This document shows, in pieces, positions 29,213 through 39,336 of a DNA stretch of 64,000 nt. A program made the translations under genes and the position numbers. The notes under the pieces were generated by a model, which was given only the letters and a program-made list of their open reading frames with translations, was not told where the DNA came from and did no database searches. How positions within the stretch are numbered: position 1 is the first letter of the stretch; every line of letters starts with the position of its first letter. Source of the DNA: a virus (taxonomy: Duplodnaviria; Caudoviricetes); the IMG/VR virus record IMGVR_UViG_3300042291_001013, one strand, 5' to 3'.

Positions 29213-29847
29213 TGGAAAAGTGGTTTCTTCCCGATCACCAGGTTGAACTAGCTGGAAAAACTGTCAAAAGATACGGTTATGATCAACAAGATCTAATAGA
29301 CTATTCGTTTAACAGTCTGGGGTTTAGATCGCCAGAGCCCGCCAACAATCCCCGCCTAGTGGTTGTGGGTAACAGCATATCTTTTGGAATAGGATTAGAT
29401 ATGCACCACACGTTTGGTGCAATGTTGGCACAATACACAAACAGAAGATTAGATAATAGATCGTTGGGGTGTTTTTTTCATGAAAATCACGATCAACTGC
29501 ACAACATAAAATTGTTGGCACAACAAGATCAAGATTCAGTTTTTGTAATACAAATCAACAATCTTGATCGTAAAAGAACTGGAGATTTGGTAATCTCTGA
29601 TAATTCGCCAAGCTGGTGTGTGGAGAGATTTTTAGATTTTTTTGATCAAACAGAGAACATTCTAAAAAATTATCCGCACAAGTACATTTACTGGGACAAT
29701 ATTGACTACCGCTTGCCAACAACAGTATTAGAAAAGATTGTTATTAGAAACCGGTGTCACTACGATAGTAGTTTATCCAACAATAAAAATACTTTTGGAG
29801 CCAAATCTCACAGTCAGATTGCAAAGATACTGCGTCACGCAATCTGA
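29212..29847 (+). CDS. AT-rich SGNH-like protein
   Basis: YSFNSLGFRS, VVGNSISFGIG, FGAKSH. Confidence 0.6.
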   Translation: MEKWFLPDHQVELAGKTVKRYGYDQQDLIDYSFNSLGFRSPEPANNPRLVVVGNSISFGIGLDMHHTFGAMLAQYTNRRLDNRSLGCFFHENHDQLHNIKLLAQQDQDSVFVIQINNLDRKRTGDLVISDNSPSWCVERFLDFFDQTENILKNYPHKYIYWDNIDYRLPTTVLEKIVIRNRCHYDSSLSNNKNTFGAKSHSQIAKILRHAI

Positions 29848-30758
29848 CTCAATTCAATTAGTGTTGCACTCAAATTGATTTCAACGTCGGCCACTGCATT
29901 GTTGTTTACTAAACCATTGCGGATGACCACAATAGCTTGATCCTGTTGCTCCACAGTTTGCCCCCAAAGATCCAAGTTGTCATACATCCAACGAAAGATT
30001 TCTTCTGCTTCCTCGGGACTGCTACTTTGGCACAGCAGTGCTCGAGCTTCGCGTGTTTTGCCACGTTTGAACAAGTCCACACAGTCCAGCTTCCAGTCAC
30101 GTACTGATTTATCACTTGCCCCGGGCGGCGCCAGCTGACCGCTTGCTGAGTTGAGTTGCACAAGATTCAAACATTTGCGCAGATCAGGATAAGTGGCCTT
30201 GACGTAAGTGTCCAGGGTATCTAGTTCAAACTCCACGCCTTCTGTTACCAACACAGTGGCCACACGGGCAGTGAACTCAGTGTGATCAGTCTTGGTCACA
30301 TGAAACCCTTGACAACGACTGTGGATTGGTGGTAGAATTTTGTTGGGATAGTTGCAGGTAAGAATAAACCGCACAGTTTGGCTATAGTCTTCCATCAAGT
30401 TACGCAGTGCAGGCTGTACTGAATGGGGGTTCATGTAGTCTGCTTCGTCTATCAGCACAATCTTGAACTTGCCAAACGGCATGGTTTGACAAAAGCTAAT
30501 CAGCTTGTCCACCCATTCCATCTTGCGAGCTTCTTTTGAACCGTTTGCGTACAAGACATCATATTCGTCCACACCCAGTTCATTGATCAGCATCTTGGCC
30601 AAGGTGGTTTTGCCTGTGCCAGCACCACCACTCAACATCAAGTGCGGGATTGATTCATCACGGATCCACTGTTGTATTTGCTCGCGTTGTGCATCATCTG
30701 CAAACACGTAACCGTCCACAGTGTTGGGACGGTATTTTTCTACCCATAGTTCTTTCAT
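29835..30758 (-). CDS. Clamp-loader AAA+ subunit (T4 gp44/RFC-small-like)
   Basis: WVEKYRP, SGGAGTGKT, LIDEAD, ILTCNY, SRC motifs. Confidence 0.92.
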   Translation of the reverse strand: MKELWVEKYRPNTVDGYVFADDAQREQIQQWIRDESIPHLMLSGGAGTGKTTLAKMLINELGVDEYDVLYANGSKEARKMEWVDKLISFCQTMPFGKFKIVLIDEADYMNPHSVQPALRNLMEDYSQTVRFILTCNYPNKILPPIHSRCQGFHVTKTDHTEFTARVATVLVTEGVEFELDTLDTYVKATYPDLRKCLNLVQLNSASGQLAPPGASDKSVRDWKLDCVDLFKRGKTREARALLCQSSSPEEAEEIFRWMYDNLDLWGQTVEQQDQAIVVIRNGLVNNNAVADVEINLSATLIELSQIA

Positions 30759-30964
30759 TGATATCTACTTCCTGGTTGACCTGGCTCATTTGAGCCAGTA
30801 CATTCTAAATGGTGATCTGTTGAATGTGGGCAACGTTTGTTACCGCACCGGGGGCAAACAATCATTCTGGTCAGCACCCAGGGCCAGCCAGACATTGTTG
30901 TTCTGTCCTTGTTGCAATTATAGCAGAAGCAGGTGTACTTTGCATCCGGATCGGCAAACATCAT
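30755..30964 (-). CDS. Small Cys-rich putative Zn-binding protein
   Basis: CFCYNC and CPRCGNKRCPH motifs. Confidence 0.65.
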   Translation of the reverse strand: MMFADPDAKYTCFCYNCNKDRTTMSGWPWVLTRMIVCPRCGNKRCPHSTDHHLECTGSNEPGQPGSRYQ

Positions 30965-31170
30965 GTGCGTCCGTTTGGAAGTTTTGTTGTACCAAATTGC
31001 TTTTCAAAAGATCCCGGGCCTTGCATATCTTCTGGAAGTGGTGGCGGAACCCAACGTGGCTTGGGTTCTTTCTTGCCAAAAATTTCATCATGCTTTGCAG
31101 CCAATTCTTCTTGGCTGAGAGTATAAGGACGGGGTCTTGATCCTTTGCTCATTTCTTCAGGGCCTTCCAC
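30961..31170 (-). CDS. Small hypothetical protein
   Basis: Coupled ORF. Confidence 0.55.
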   Translation of the reverse strand: MEGPEEMSKGSRPRPYTLSQEELAAKHDEIFGKKEPKPRWVPPPLPEDMQGPGSFEKQFGTTKLPNGRT

Positions 31171-31379
31171 ATTTTTTCTTTTTCCAATTCATCTAGCCAT
31201 TCTTGTTCGCCAGAAAATTTACAAGTGTTTGCCAACATTTCGTCTACAGCAAATTTCACACGATACAAGTCTTGTTTACAAGGCCATTGGTTCCAGCCAG
31301 TTTCATAATTGTCGTTTGCGGCAAAATACATTCGTTGACAGTCACTAATCACCTTGTCTACGTTCCAGTTGATTATCAT
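31149..31379 (-). CDS. Small hypothetical protein
   Basis: Coupled ORF. Confidence 0.55.
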   Translation of the reverse strand: MIINWNVDKVISDCQRMYFAANDNYETGWNQWPCKQDLYRVKFAVDEMLANTCKFSGEQEWLDELEKEKMWKALKK

Positions 31380-31380
31380 A

Positions 31381-31779
31381 TCAGTTGTGTTGCATCCAAT
31401 CAGGTTTGGCTTCCACGTGAATGGCTTCGGAGAAGGTAACGTCTGCTGGCTCCTCGTCAGATTCCATCATGACATCTTTGGGATCTACTCTGCGCAAGGT
31501 TTGCTTGCCCGTTTCATCTTCAATTTCAATACCACGTGTCCAGCGTCCGTGTTCTACACAGATCCATGTGCCTACCTTGATTGTGGTTTGTTCTGGACCC
31601 ACAGCATACACTCGACCCCAGCGTGGACGAATGCCTGAGCTTTTGCCGTTGTCTTTGACCAACACAATGCCACCGTTAGAGAGACGTTCTTCAAAGTTCA
31701 TGTCTCCAACAATCACGCTGTCGCGAAGTGGTTTGAGTTGATCACGCAAGATCTTGTGTGCTGAAAAGGCTGCCTTCAT
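31381..31779 (-). CDS. groES: GroES-like co-chaperonin
   Basis: LKPLRDSVIV, SNGGIVL, GRVYAVGPE, VGTWI pattern. Confidence 0.85.
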   Translation of the reverse strand: MKAAFSAHKILRDQLKPLRDSVIVGDMNFEERLSNGGIVLVKDNGKSSGIRPRWGRVYAVGPEQTTIKVGTWICVEHGRWTRGIEIEDETGKQTLRRVDPKDVMMESDEEPADVTFSEAIHVEAKPDWMQHN

Positions 31780-32000
31780 AGTCCAGTTTCCGAAGAGTCA
31801 ATTATGGGGCGAATTTGTTTTTTGTATTGTTTGTTGACTTGTTCAGGTTTGGTGTTGATCACCCGACCCTGTTCGTCAATTTGGTCACCACGTGCGTTGG
31901 TTTTCATGTTGCCCACGGCTCGCACTTTTTCGTTTTGCAAACGCAAGGCGCCCATGTCAACAGTTTTGCCAGTGGCAGATCTATAAAGTTGTTTGGTCAT
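31776..32000 (-). CDS. Small late hypothetical protein
   Basis: TAAATA box and AGGAG RBS upstream. Confidence 0.65.
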   Translation of the reverse strand: MTKQLYRSATGKTVDMGALRLQNEKVRAVGNMKTNARGDQIDEQGRVINTKPEQVNKQYKKQIRPIIDSSETGL

Positions 32001-32021
32001 AGTTTTCTCCTAAAAATATAT

Positions 32022-32540
32022 TTAACGCAAGAATTCCTCGGGGTCTAAATCATAGTGTAGACTGTCAATTCGATGTACGCCCAGTTTGTACAACACATAA
32101 CTGGCCACACTGCTTCCACGGCCCACACCCCAAATCAGTTGATTGTCACGCATGGTATCCACTAGATATACCAAGTAACGCAACAGGTCGAATAAATTTC
32201 GTTCTTGGAACAGCAGTAGTTCTTGTCCACAGCGTTGTAATTCTGCATTGGACTGGCACATGCCCAACACATGTTCAGCAATGTCCAAGGAAAGATACTG
32301 GTCGGGCATGAACCAACGACTCTGACAATCATGATCAAATTGTTCAGTGTCCATGTCCTGGGCCAGATCATTGTAGGCTATGAGCTTGGGCACATTGTCC
32401 AGCATCAAAGCCGCAGTTTCCAAGTTCACACTTGCATCCACAATCATGCCGTTCAAGTTAGTGGGATCAAGTCCAGACATGATCAACTCAACAAGATCAT
32501 TCTCGCTGAATACCATTTGTCCGTGTTGATCAGTTTTCAT
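32022..32540 (-). CDS. dnaE: Stand-alone fragment of DNA polymerase III alpha (DnaE)
   Basis: YLVDTMRDNQLIWGVGRGSSVASYVLYKLGVHRIDSL matches the DnaE GRGS region; only about 172 aa. Confidence 0.8.
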   Translation of the reverse strand: MKTDQHGQMVFSENDLVELIMSGLDPTNLNGMIVDASVNLETAALMLDNVPKLIAYNDLAQDMDTEQFDHDCQSRWFMPDQYLSLDIAEHVLGMCQSNAELQRCGQELLLFQERNLFDLLRYLVYLVDTMRDNQLIWGVGRGSSVASYVLYKLGVHRIDSLHYDLDPEEFLR

Positions 32541-33123
32541 CTCGACTAAAATTTGCATAAACCACAGTGTTGGCACTTTGCACTGAATTGTCGGGCCAGT
32601 CCAGGTGCATTTCGTTCCAACCAGTTGATGTAACCTTGACCACATTGTCCGGCATTGCCACGGGTTCAATTGCGTCATGCTGTGTGTTGGCTTGATGCCA
32701 CCAGCCTTGGTCTGCAAAAGGCCCAGCAACATCATCTTCACTGTGTTGATACCATACACTGTCGCCCAGCACACTGGACACATCCAGCTGTGTAATAGTC
32801 ATTCTACCTTCCATCACTGCGTTGAGTTTGTAGTATAGCATCATGCCCACTATTTGGTCAACAGGTTCTTCAGGCAAAGTGGTAACATTGATACCAAACA
32901 AACTGAGCATTTCTGCACGTTCGCTTTTTTGATTTATAAAAACTGTGCTTTCCAGAATACCGTGTATGAAATACTTGGCACGATCCATGGCCACGTTGGT
33001 GCTGATGGGATCAGCGGTTTGTGTGATCATGCTCACGCTCACACTGTATTGATTCATTTGTAACCGATCTTCAAAATAGATTCCGGCCAAGAACTCAAAG
33101 TCGTATTGTAATTTTACATTCAT
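32530..33123 (-). CDS. Hypothetical protein
   Basis: Coupled ORF. Confidence 0.6.
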   Translation of the reverse strand: MNVKLQYDFEFLAGIYFEDRLQMNQYSVSVSMITQTADPISTNVAMDRAKYFIHGILESTVFINQKSERAEMLSLFGINVTTLPEEPVDQIVGMMLYYKLNAVMEGRMTITQLDVSSVLGDSVWYQHSEDDVAGPFADQGWWHQANTQHDAIEPVAMPDNVVKVTSTGWNEMHLDWPDNSVQSANTVVYANFSRDEN

Positions 33124-33356
33124 TTGATTTGAATTTTGTTGTCAAAGTTGATGTCGGTGGCTTGCTTGCGATAACTCTCTTGTAGCTTTTCTTGATATTT
33201 GTTTTGGTAACTTTCCAGGGCCATGCGTACCTGATTGCAGAGATGTGCGTTTCCAGACCGTATGGCAATGGATAACTTGTTGCTAAGATCGCTGACTTTA
33301 GCACTGAGGTCATCAATGCTCAAATCATCTAAGTTATTGATTAGTGGGTGTTCCAT
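33120..33356 (-). CDS. Small coiled-coil hypothetical protein
   Basis: Directly behind a sigma70-like promoter. Confidence 0.6.
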   Translation of the reverse strand: MEHPLINNLDDLSIDDLSAKVSDLSNKLSIAIRSGNAHLCNQVRMALESYQNKYQEKLQESYRKQATDINFDNKIQIK

Positions 33357-33361
33357 GCTTT

Positions 33362-33390
33362 ATTATAACTGGAACTCAACACAGAGTCAA
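33362..33390 (-). promoter_or_regulatory. Sigma70-like promoter
   Basis: TTGACT-17-TATAAT. Confidence 0.75.
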
Positions 33391-33399
33391 CCTTTAAGG

Positions 33400-34902
33400 T
33401 TAACTCCAGTTGCCCACACTGGCCACACTGTTGGTGCCAATTGGCGTTAGTTTAAAATAACTGTTGGCCAAAATACTAGGCGAACCGCCTGGCGCAGAAG
33501 TGTACTGAATTTGCGGAGTAAATGTTGTGGCGCTGTTGGTTCTGATAACGCCACGAATCCAAAGAGTGATGTTTTCAGTTCCTGATGATGAACTGGGAGT
33601 GACTGTTAGGGCAGAAACTGCGGTTCCAAACACTGTGGTTACCGCACCAGTTGATGGTGTTGGAGCACCGGTACTGCTGGTGGCTTCAACTATGTATTGA
33701 ATACTGGTCAAGGGTTGACTCACTGCAAACAGTGTGTTCAATTGATGAGCTGTTGTTCCCAAGGTACGTGTGATCACATACATGCCTTCTATAAAATAGC
33801 TGGTGCCGGCTGGCAAGGTAACTGTGCCGTTTGTGGGCGAATTGAATACTTTTTGTGCTGCCGCTGAGTCATTGGCCACATAATTTGAAGTCAACACAAT
33901 AAAGTGCTCAGCTGGTAGTACTCCGCGTTGTTGTGCTTGTGGTGTACCATAAAGAACCACACCGTCAAATTCAATTGCACCGGCTGCCGCTGTGCTGAGG
34001 TTTGTGCCTGACGCCAGCACAATTGGTGCCTGGCTAGCTGAGCCAGCAGTGGGACGAATAAAGCTGTTGACGTTACCGCCCGTGACGTTGCCTGTGGCAC
34101 TGACCAACCCGGCTGTGACTAGGTTACCACCAACAATGTTTGCTGTTGCTGATACTTCGCCAGCTGTGGTAAGATTACCACCTGTGACGTTGCCCACTGA
34201 AATCACGTTGTTTGCAACTTGCACGGTTCTAAACCAAGCAGTTTTGGCAACAGTGTTGGCAACAATGTTACCTGTGGCAGTGACGTCGTCTAATGAAAGG
34301 TCAGCGCCAGAAAAGTTTGTGAGGCCACGGTTTAGGTCAAATACAGTGATAGTAGTACCATTGTCATAGCTGCCAAAGGCAAATTCATAATAGCCTGTGG
34401 CTGTGAATGTAATGGTGTTTGTACCTGCGTTGTAACCTTGGATACCTGCGGTGCCCAGATATGTTGTGGCGCCAGTGAACTGAACAGTATGCGCAAGGTT
34501 CTGGATGTTGAACTGCAACTTCAAGTAGCCATAGGTGCCATTTGACGCCCAGCCACTGAAACTCACGTTGATACTGCCAGATGTGGCAATGGACTGATAG
34601 TGACCGGCACCGTAAATTACACTGATTGCCCCAGATGTTCCTGTGGGCGAAAGTTTGGTAGCACTGAACCCTTGAATTCGTGTGTTGTACAACAACACAT
34701 TGCCCATGTTGTTGTCCAGACTGGTACCAGTCAAGGCTGCTTTAAAAACGCCCTTGGTTTGTAGGTCGGTAATTTCGTCTGCGGCATCCTGAAAATTCAC
34801 CTTGATGTTGGTAAAGTTATCGCGGAAACCTTGCGAATTGTTGTCTTGACCGGCTACTGGATAAGAGCCGTCAATGTTGTTTGGGTTAATTGCACTTGTC
34901 AT
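33400..34902 (-). CDS. Virion structural protein (tail/baseplate-associated)
   Basis: YPVAGQDNNSQGFRDNFTNIK N-terminus, GNVTGGN repeats. Confidence 0.7.
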   Translation of the reverse strand: MTSAINPNNIDGSYPVAGQDNNSQGFRDNFTNIKVNFQDAADEITDLQTKGVFKAALTGTSLDNNMGNVLLYNTRIQGFSATKLSPTGTSGAISVIYGAGHYQSIATSGSINVSFSGWASNGTYGYLKLQFNIQNLAHTVQFTGATTYLGTAGIQGYNAGTNTITFTATGYYEFAFGSYDNGTTITVFDLNRGLTNFSGADLSLDDVTATGNIVANTVAKTAWFRTVQVANNVISVGNVTGGNLTTAGEVSATANIVGGNLVTAGLVSATGNVTGGNVNSFIRPTAGSASQAPIVLASGTNLSTAAAGAIEFDGVVLYGTPQAQQRGVLPAEHFIVLTSNYVANDSAAAQKVFNSPTNGTVTLPAGTSYFIEGMYVITRTLGTTAHQLNTLFAVSQPLTSIQYIVEATSSTGAPTPSTGAVTTVFGTAVSALTVTPSSSSGTENITLWIRGVIRTNSATTFTPQIQYTSAPGGSPSILANSYFKLTPIGTNSVASVGNWS

Positions 34903-34914
34903 TGTTTGTCCTAG

Positions 34915-37900
34915 TTACACCAAAATATCAGCTTTGGGAAATACCAGATATTTATCATTGCGATCGGTGGGATCGTACATATCCACAGGTATTTCAAACG
35001 CCATACTGCCTTCGTCAAATGTGGTTTCTGTACTGGTAATAGTGATCAACGGTACCCAGCTGATTTTACTGAGTCCTGCGGCAGGACTGCTGGGGTAATA
35101 GACCTGAGCACTGCGATAGAAGCTACCACGGGTAACTTGCACGTAGTCAAATTCTGCAGTTTGATCAATCAAGTTCAGGGTCACTTGCGTGGTCAAGGGA
35201 TCAACTGAAATTTCGTAAATTGCCATGCGCTCATTTGCAGGCACAGCAAGCATAGTGCCAGCGGCAGTGGTCAGTGCCAGTACTGATCCTCCCTCAGTGG
35301 CAGTTATCTTGAATTGCGTGCCGCTTACAATATCATACACATAGTAGGTTTGGTTGATCACAATACCGCCAATTACCCCACTGGTAAACACTATTTGTTG
35401 ACCCACACGTATTCCGTTGGTTGAGGCACAAGTAATGATATTGGTGATAGTGGTGGTAGCAGTACAGGTAAAATCAGTTCCGTCGGGCACAGTTTCAGCT
35501 TCATCAAATGATTCACCATCTTGGCTGTACCCCACTGAATCATAAGGATAGATATAGTCTTGCCAGGCGTCGTCATCAGTGGAGTATTGGCTACCCGGCG
35601 GCCCGTCGTAATTTTCTTGTTTGACAAATATCAGCATGTTTCCATTGATATTGCTAATTTCTCCGTCTAGGCCGCCGAGGTCATTGATGTACTGCAAGGT
35701 GCGCTGGTTAACATCAGCATAGGCCAAGTCAGTGGCAATATCCACGGTGCCCAAAAAGTTATATCCAGCAGTGTTGAATCGGTCAAATGTGGTAAGACTG
35801 GGTGTTGGGGTCCAACCTTGAGTTTCAGTATCCCAGTTGCGACTCAAGGTGCGGTCAAGGATGTATCGATCTACTTTGAAGTCTACTCGATTCAGTTGCT
35901 CACCAAATTGACTTTGAATATAGTAAGAAATCTGTCTACTGCGTTCAGGGTAGGTATAACATATTACCCAGGCTGGAGTAAAGCCCAGCACACGGCCATC
36001 GGTCTGTTTGCTGGTCATCCATAGTGGCAATTTGGTTGATATCTGCCCCACAACGTCAATCACTTGATTGCGCATGTCAAACAAGCTGTTGGGATACACT
36101 TGCGTGAGCACAGTACTACCATCAGCAGGGTCAATAATAGGGTAGGCCAAATTTAAAATTTGACTTACACTTTCGCCTTGATTGTTTGTGAGATTGTCAA
36201 TGATCTTGCTGTACACAACTTCATATACAACTTCGCCTGTGATAGGATCCAGGGCCTGAGCTGTTTCAATTTGCCCCAGTACCAAATTTTTCCAGTAGTG
36301 GTTCTTGAACAGACTTTCAGTATATCTATCCAAGGTATCCGGTGCAAGTCCATAGGCATGATTATAATTTACTCGCGTGGCTTTGCCAAAGAACGGATCG
36401 TCAGGCCTAAAAATATATTCAGGCACAAAAATAGTGTCGTTGGTCAAGAGTTCCTGGATCAACACACGGTCATTATTGGGCGGCATGGCTTGAATAATGA
36501 GATTTTGATAGGGCTCGTTGTAAGCACGTTTGACCTTGAGAACAAAAGTTTTGTTCACGCTCACAACGTCACGCACACCAGTGGCTTTCATCACAGGCAC
36601 AAGATTTGCGCCTGATCCGCCAAATGCTTCCACAATGGTTATGATAGCTGGACCATTGTATCCTGAACCTTTGTTGCTGACTTCAACTGTTGTTATGGGA
36701 CCAGTTGTGCTGGGGAAAACGTTGCCAATAAACACATTGCCCACCTGAGCCTGTACTGCCGCGGCGCCAATGGGAGTGCTAAATTCAATAACTGGCAAGT
36801 TGATAGTGCTGTAACCTGAGCCGCCGTTGACCACAGTAACACTGTCAACTTCGTAAACAATTTGCTCAAGATCTTCAGCATAGGCATTGACTGTAAATCT
36901 AAAGGTCAAGTCCCAGGTAGTGGTGTCCTGGTCAAAGGTGGTGTAGCCCAAGTCCACAGCAAAGGTGTTGAATGTTACTCGCCCAGATATTTCTCCTGAC
37001 GGTAACAATTCTAGTCCCTGCGGTAATTCATTAAATGCCCCGGACTTCAACCGATAAAACAGTTCTCTGCCGCCACGATTGATAGCTTCAACTTTGAGCA
37101 AGCTGGTATCGCCGTTGTCAATAATACCAAGGTCAGCAGGAGTGGTCCAGTTTACTTCAGCATCAACTGCACCACTGATGGTAATCAAGAATGGATAAGG
37201 ATCGCTGGCCACCACGAGATTGGCAGTCATAGTACCAGCACCATTGCTGACTGTGGCAGGAGTGGCGCTGCCTAGTAGAGTTGTAACTGTAAAGGTGGTG
37301 TTGTTTACCACACTGAACACATAGTATACCAAGGTGGGCGATGCTGTAATACCACCAAATGCAGTTCCAGTAAACACAATGGGTTGCCCCACACCAATCT
37401 GCGCTGTGCTGTTACAGGTAATATAATTAGTGCCAAATGTAGTAGCAGTACAGGTAATAGGATTGCCTACAAACTCACTTTGATACACAGTGACGTTGAA
37501 ACTGTATTCAACTTCGGTAACACCTTGGTCAGGCACATAACCATAGTAGTATCCACTCACAGGATCTAACTCCAGGCCCGGTGGCAATCCAGCACCTTCG
37601 TTCACAGCAATAGCATACTTAATGTCAGCAGTGTCGTAGTCATTGCCAATGAATTGGTATGCATAGTAGTTGTCACCACGCACAATACCAAGATTGCTGG
37701 GGCTGGCGTTGGTCAAGAAAGGTTTGCGTTCGTTGGTTTGATCTGCTGTGACTGTGGTTGTGTCAACTGTGATAGTTGTGACGTCGGCTGTCATGGTGGC
37801 TCGATCGTACACATAGAAGTAGAATGTTCTTAGGTTACTGGACTTGCCGTCAGTGACTTCCAGGGTAAATTGATAGTTTTTGCTCTGCGCACTAACAATA

Positions 37901-38742
37901 AAGTCATAAGGCAACAGATCTTGAGAAGTGTTATCATAGCCGGCTGTTTCATCTACGTTGACCGCAGGTTGAATGTATCCAGAAATCAGCCCATCAGCAC
38001 TTAGCGTAATGCCGCCTGGAAGCTCACCAGCGGCCAAGCGCACAAACGCAGTTTCGCCTGGATCATCACTGGTAAAATCAATCTGTATGTCTAGCTCATC
38101 GCCATCAAAGTAAGTGCCCAAGCTACCAGCTGGCGTGACAAATTCAGGTACGTCATTGCCGGTAATGGTCAGGGTAAATGTGCGGTCCTTGATGGCTTCA
38201 ACTATGAGTTGATTGTTTACACGATTATAGGTGTAGGCTCTAATGGTAAATTTGTCAGTAACGTCCTGGGCCACTTGATTGGGGATACCTTGTAAACTGG
38301 CTGTTGCCATGGGAATACCCACAATGGTGCCACTGTCACTAATCTGTATGCCTGTGGGCAAGGATCCAGCTTGTAAGTTGTAGTACACATGCTGTGTCAA
38401 TATGGCTTTCATGTAGCCAGTGCCAGTGGTCAGTGCAATGGGTGTGGTGGAAAATTCTGTGGTGCAGATTTGAAATTCAGTACTGCTGATAACTCTAAAA
38501 ATAAAATAAAGAGTGTATGTGTTTGCCCCACCAAACCCAGTGCCGTCAAATGTTACGTTTAGGCCAGCATACATTCCTTCGGTACTGGTGCAAGTAAAGG
38601 TGTCTGTTGTGGCCGAAGATGTGGAAACAATGGGCTGATTGGTCAAAGGCACTGTTGATGCCAAGAGATTATACTGGAAGAATATGCCTTCGGGTACAAC
38701 TCCCAGGCTTCCTGCCGGTGTAATCCAATTTGGTGTTGACAT
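34915..38742 (-). CDS. Large baseplate-wedge-like structural protein with Ig-like (He_PIG-type) repeats
   Basis: Repeated W/F-x-TPAGSLG and GxLPxGLxL...GxISG motifs; TAAATA box upstream. Confidence 0.7.
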   Translation of the reverse strand: MSTPNWITPAGSLGVVPEGIFFQYNLLASTVPLTNQPIVSTSSATTDTFTCTSTEGMYAGLNVTFDGTGFGGANTYTLYFIFRVISSTEFQICTTEFSTTPIALTTGTGYMKAILTQHVYYNLQAGSLPTGIQISDSGTIVGIPMATASLQGIPNQVAQDVTDKFTIRAYTYNRVNNQLIVEAIKDRTFTLTITGNDVPEFVTPAGSLGTYFDGDELDIQIDFTSDDPGETAFVRLAAGELPGGITLSADGLISGYIQPAVNVDETAGYDNTSQDLLPYDFIVSAQSKNYQFTLEVTDGKSSNLRTFYFYVYDRATMTADVTTITVDTTTVTADQTNERKPFLTNASPSNLGIVRGDNYYAYQFIGNDYDTADIKYAIAVNEGAGLPPGLELDPVSGYYYGYVPDQGVTEVEYSFNVTVYQSEFVGNPITCTATTFGTNYITCNSTAQIGVGQPIVFTGTAFGGITASPTLVYYVFSVVNNTTFTVTTLLGSATPATVSNGAGTMTANLVVASDPYPFLITISGAVDAEVNWTTPADLGIIDNGDTSLLKVEAINRGGRELFYRLKSGAFNELPQGLELLPSGEISGRVTFNTFAVDLGYTTFDQDTTTWDLTFRFTVNAYAEDLEQIVYEVDSVTVVNGGSGYSTINLPVIEFSTPIGAAAVQAQVGNVFIGNVFPSTTGPITTVEVSNKGSGYNGPAIITIVEAFGGSGANLVPVMKATGVRDVVSVNKTFVLKVKRAYNEPYQNLIIQAMPPNNDRVLIQELLTNDTIFVPEYIFRPDDPFFGKATRVNYNHAYGLAPDTLDRYTESLFKNHYWKNLVLGQIETAQALDPITGEVVYEVVYSKIIDNLTNNQGESVSQILNLAYPIIDPADGSTVLTQVYPNSLFDMRNQVIDVVGQISTKLPLWMTSKQTDGRVLGFTPAWVICYTYPERSRQISYYIQSQFGEQLNRVDFKVDRYILDRTLSRNWDTETQGWTPTPSLTTFDRFNTAGYNFLGTVDIATDLAYADVNQRTLQYINDLGGLDGEISNINGNMLIFVKQENYDGPPGSQYSTDDDAWQDYIYPYDSVGYSQDGESFDEAETVPDGTDFTCTATTTITNIITCASTNGIRVGQQIVFTSGVIGGIVINQTYYVYDIVSGTQFKITATEGGSVLALTTAAGTMLAVPANERMAIYEISVDPLTTQVTLNLIDQTAEFDYVQVTRGSFYRSAQVYYPSSPAAGLSKISWVPLITITSTETTFDEGSMAFEIPVDMYDPTDRNDKYLVFPKADILV

Positions 38743-38775
38743 GTGTTAAGACCTTGTTGTTATATTTATTGGTGG

Positions 38776-39336
38776 TTAGAAACCATTGGTCAAGCTGTTG
38801 TAGAATATACGACCAGATATTGAACTGGTTCCACCAATAGTAAACGCAAAATTGCTTTGAGCAAAAAAATCGTAGGTGCCAAAAAAGTAGTACTCATACT
38901 CTTGGGGCAAATAGGTTGACCACTGTATTCTAATAGGCACATAGCTGTTGGCCGTGGCAGTGAAGTTAGCACCAGTGGTACCATTTTGAATTAGTGCTGT
39001 GTAGTTGCTGCCGTTGTAACCTGACTTGGCAGTGTTACCGGTCCAGATATAACAGGTGCTGTTGCCACCACCACCCCAATTGTATGCAGTAGCGCCACCT
39101 CCATTAAAAGTATAATATTCTGCATAGGTGCACACAGCACCCAATTGGATTGCAGACGAACTTGCTGGTCTGTAATATCCAATCCATTGATAAGTTACTG
39201 AATATGCTCCACCTTCAGATGACTGTGTGCCAATGTCAATAGGTGATAGTTCTAGGCCATATGTGGTATTAACAAGACCATTGGCATAGATAATGTTTTG
39301 GCCTGTGCCAGCCACGGCTGCCATGATACCACTCAT
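38776..39336 (-). CDS. PA14-like beta-sandwich structural protein
   Basis: QWIGYYRP and YVPIRIQW pattern. Confidence 0.5.
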   Translation of the reverse strand: MSGIMAAVAGTGQNIIYANGLVNTTYGLELSPIDIGTQSSEGGAYSVTYQWIGYYRPASSSAIQLGAVCTYAEYYTFNGGGATAYNWGGGGNSTCYIWTGNTAKSGYNGSNYTALIQNGTTGANFTATANSYVPIRIQWSTYLPQEYEYYFFGTYDFFAQSNFAFTIGGTSSISGRIFYNSLTNGF

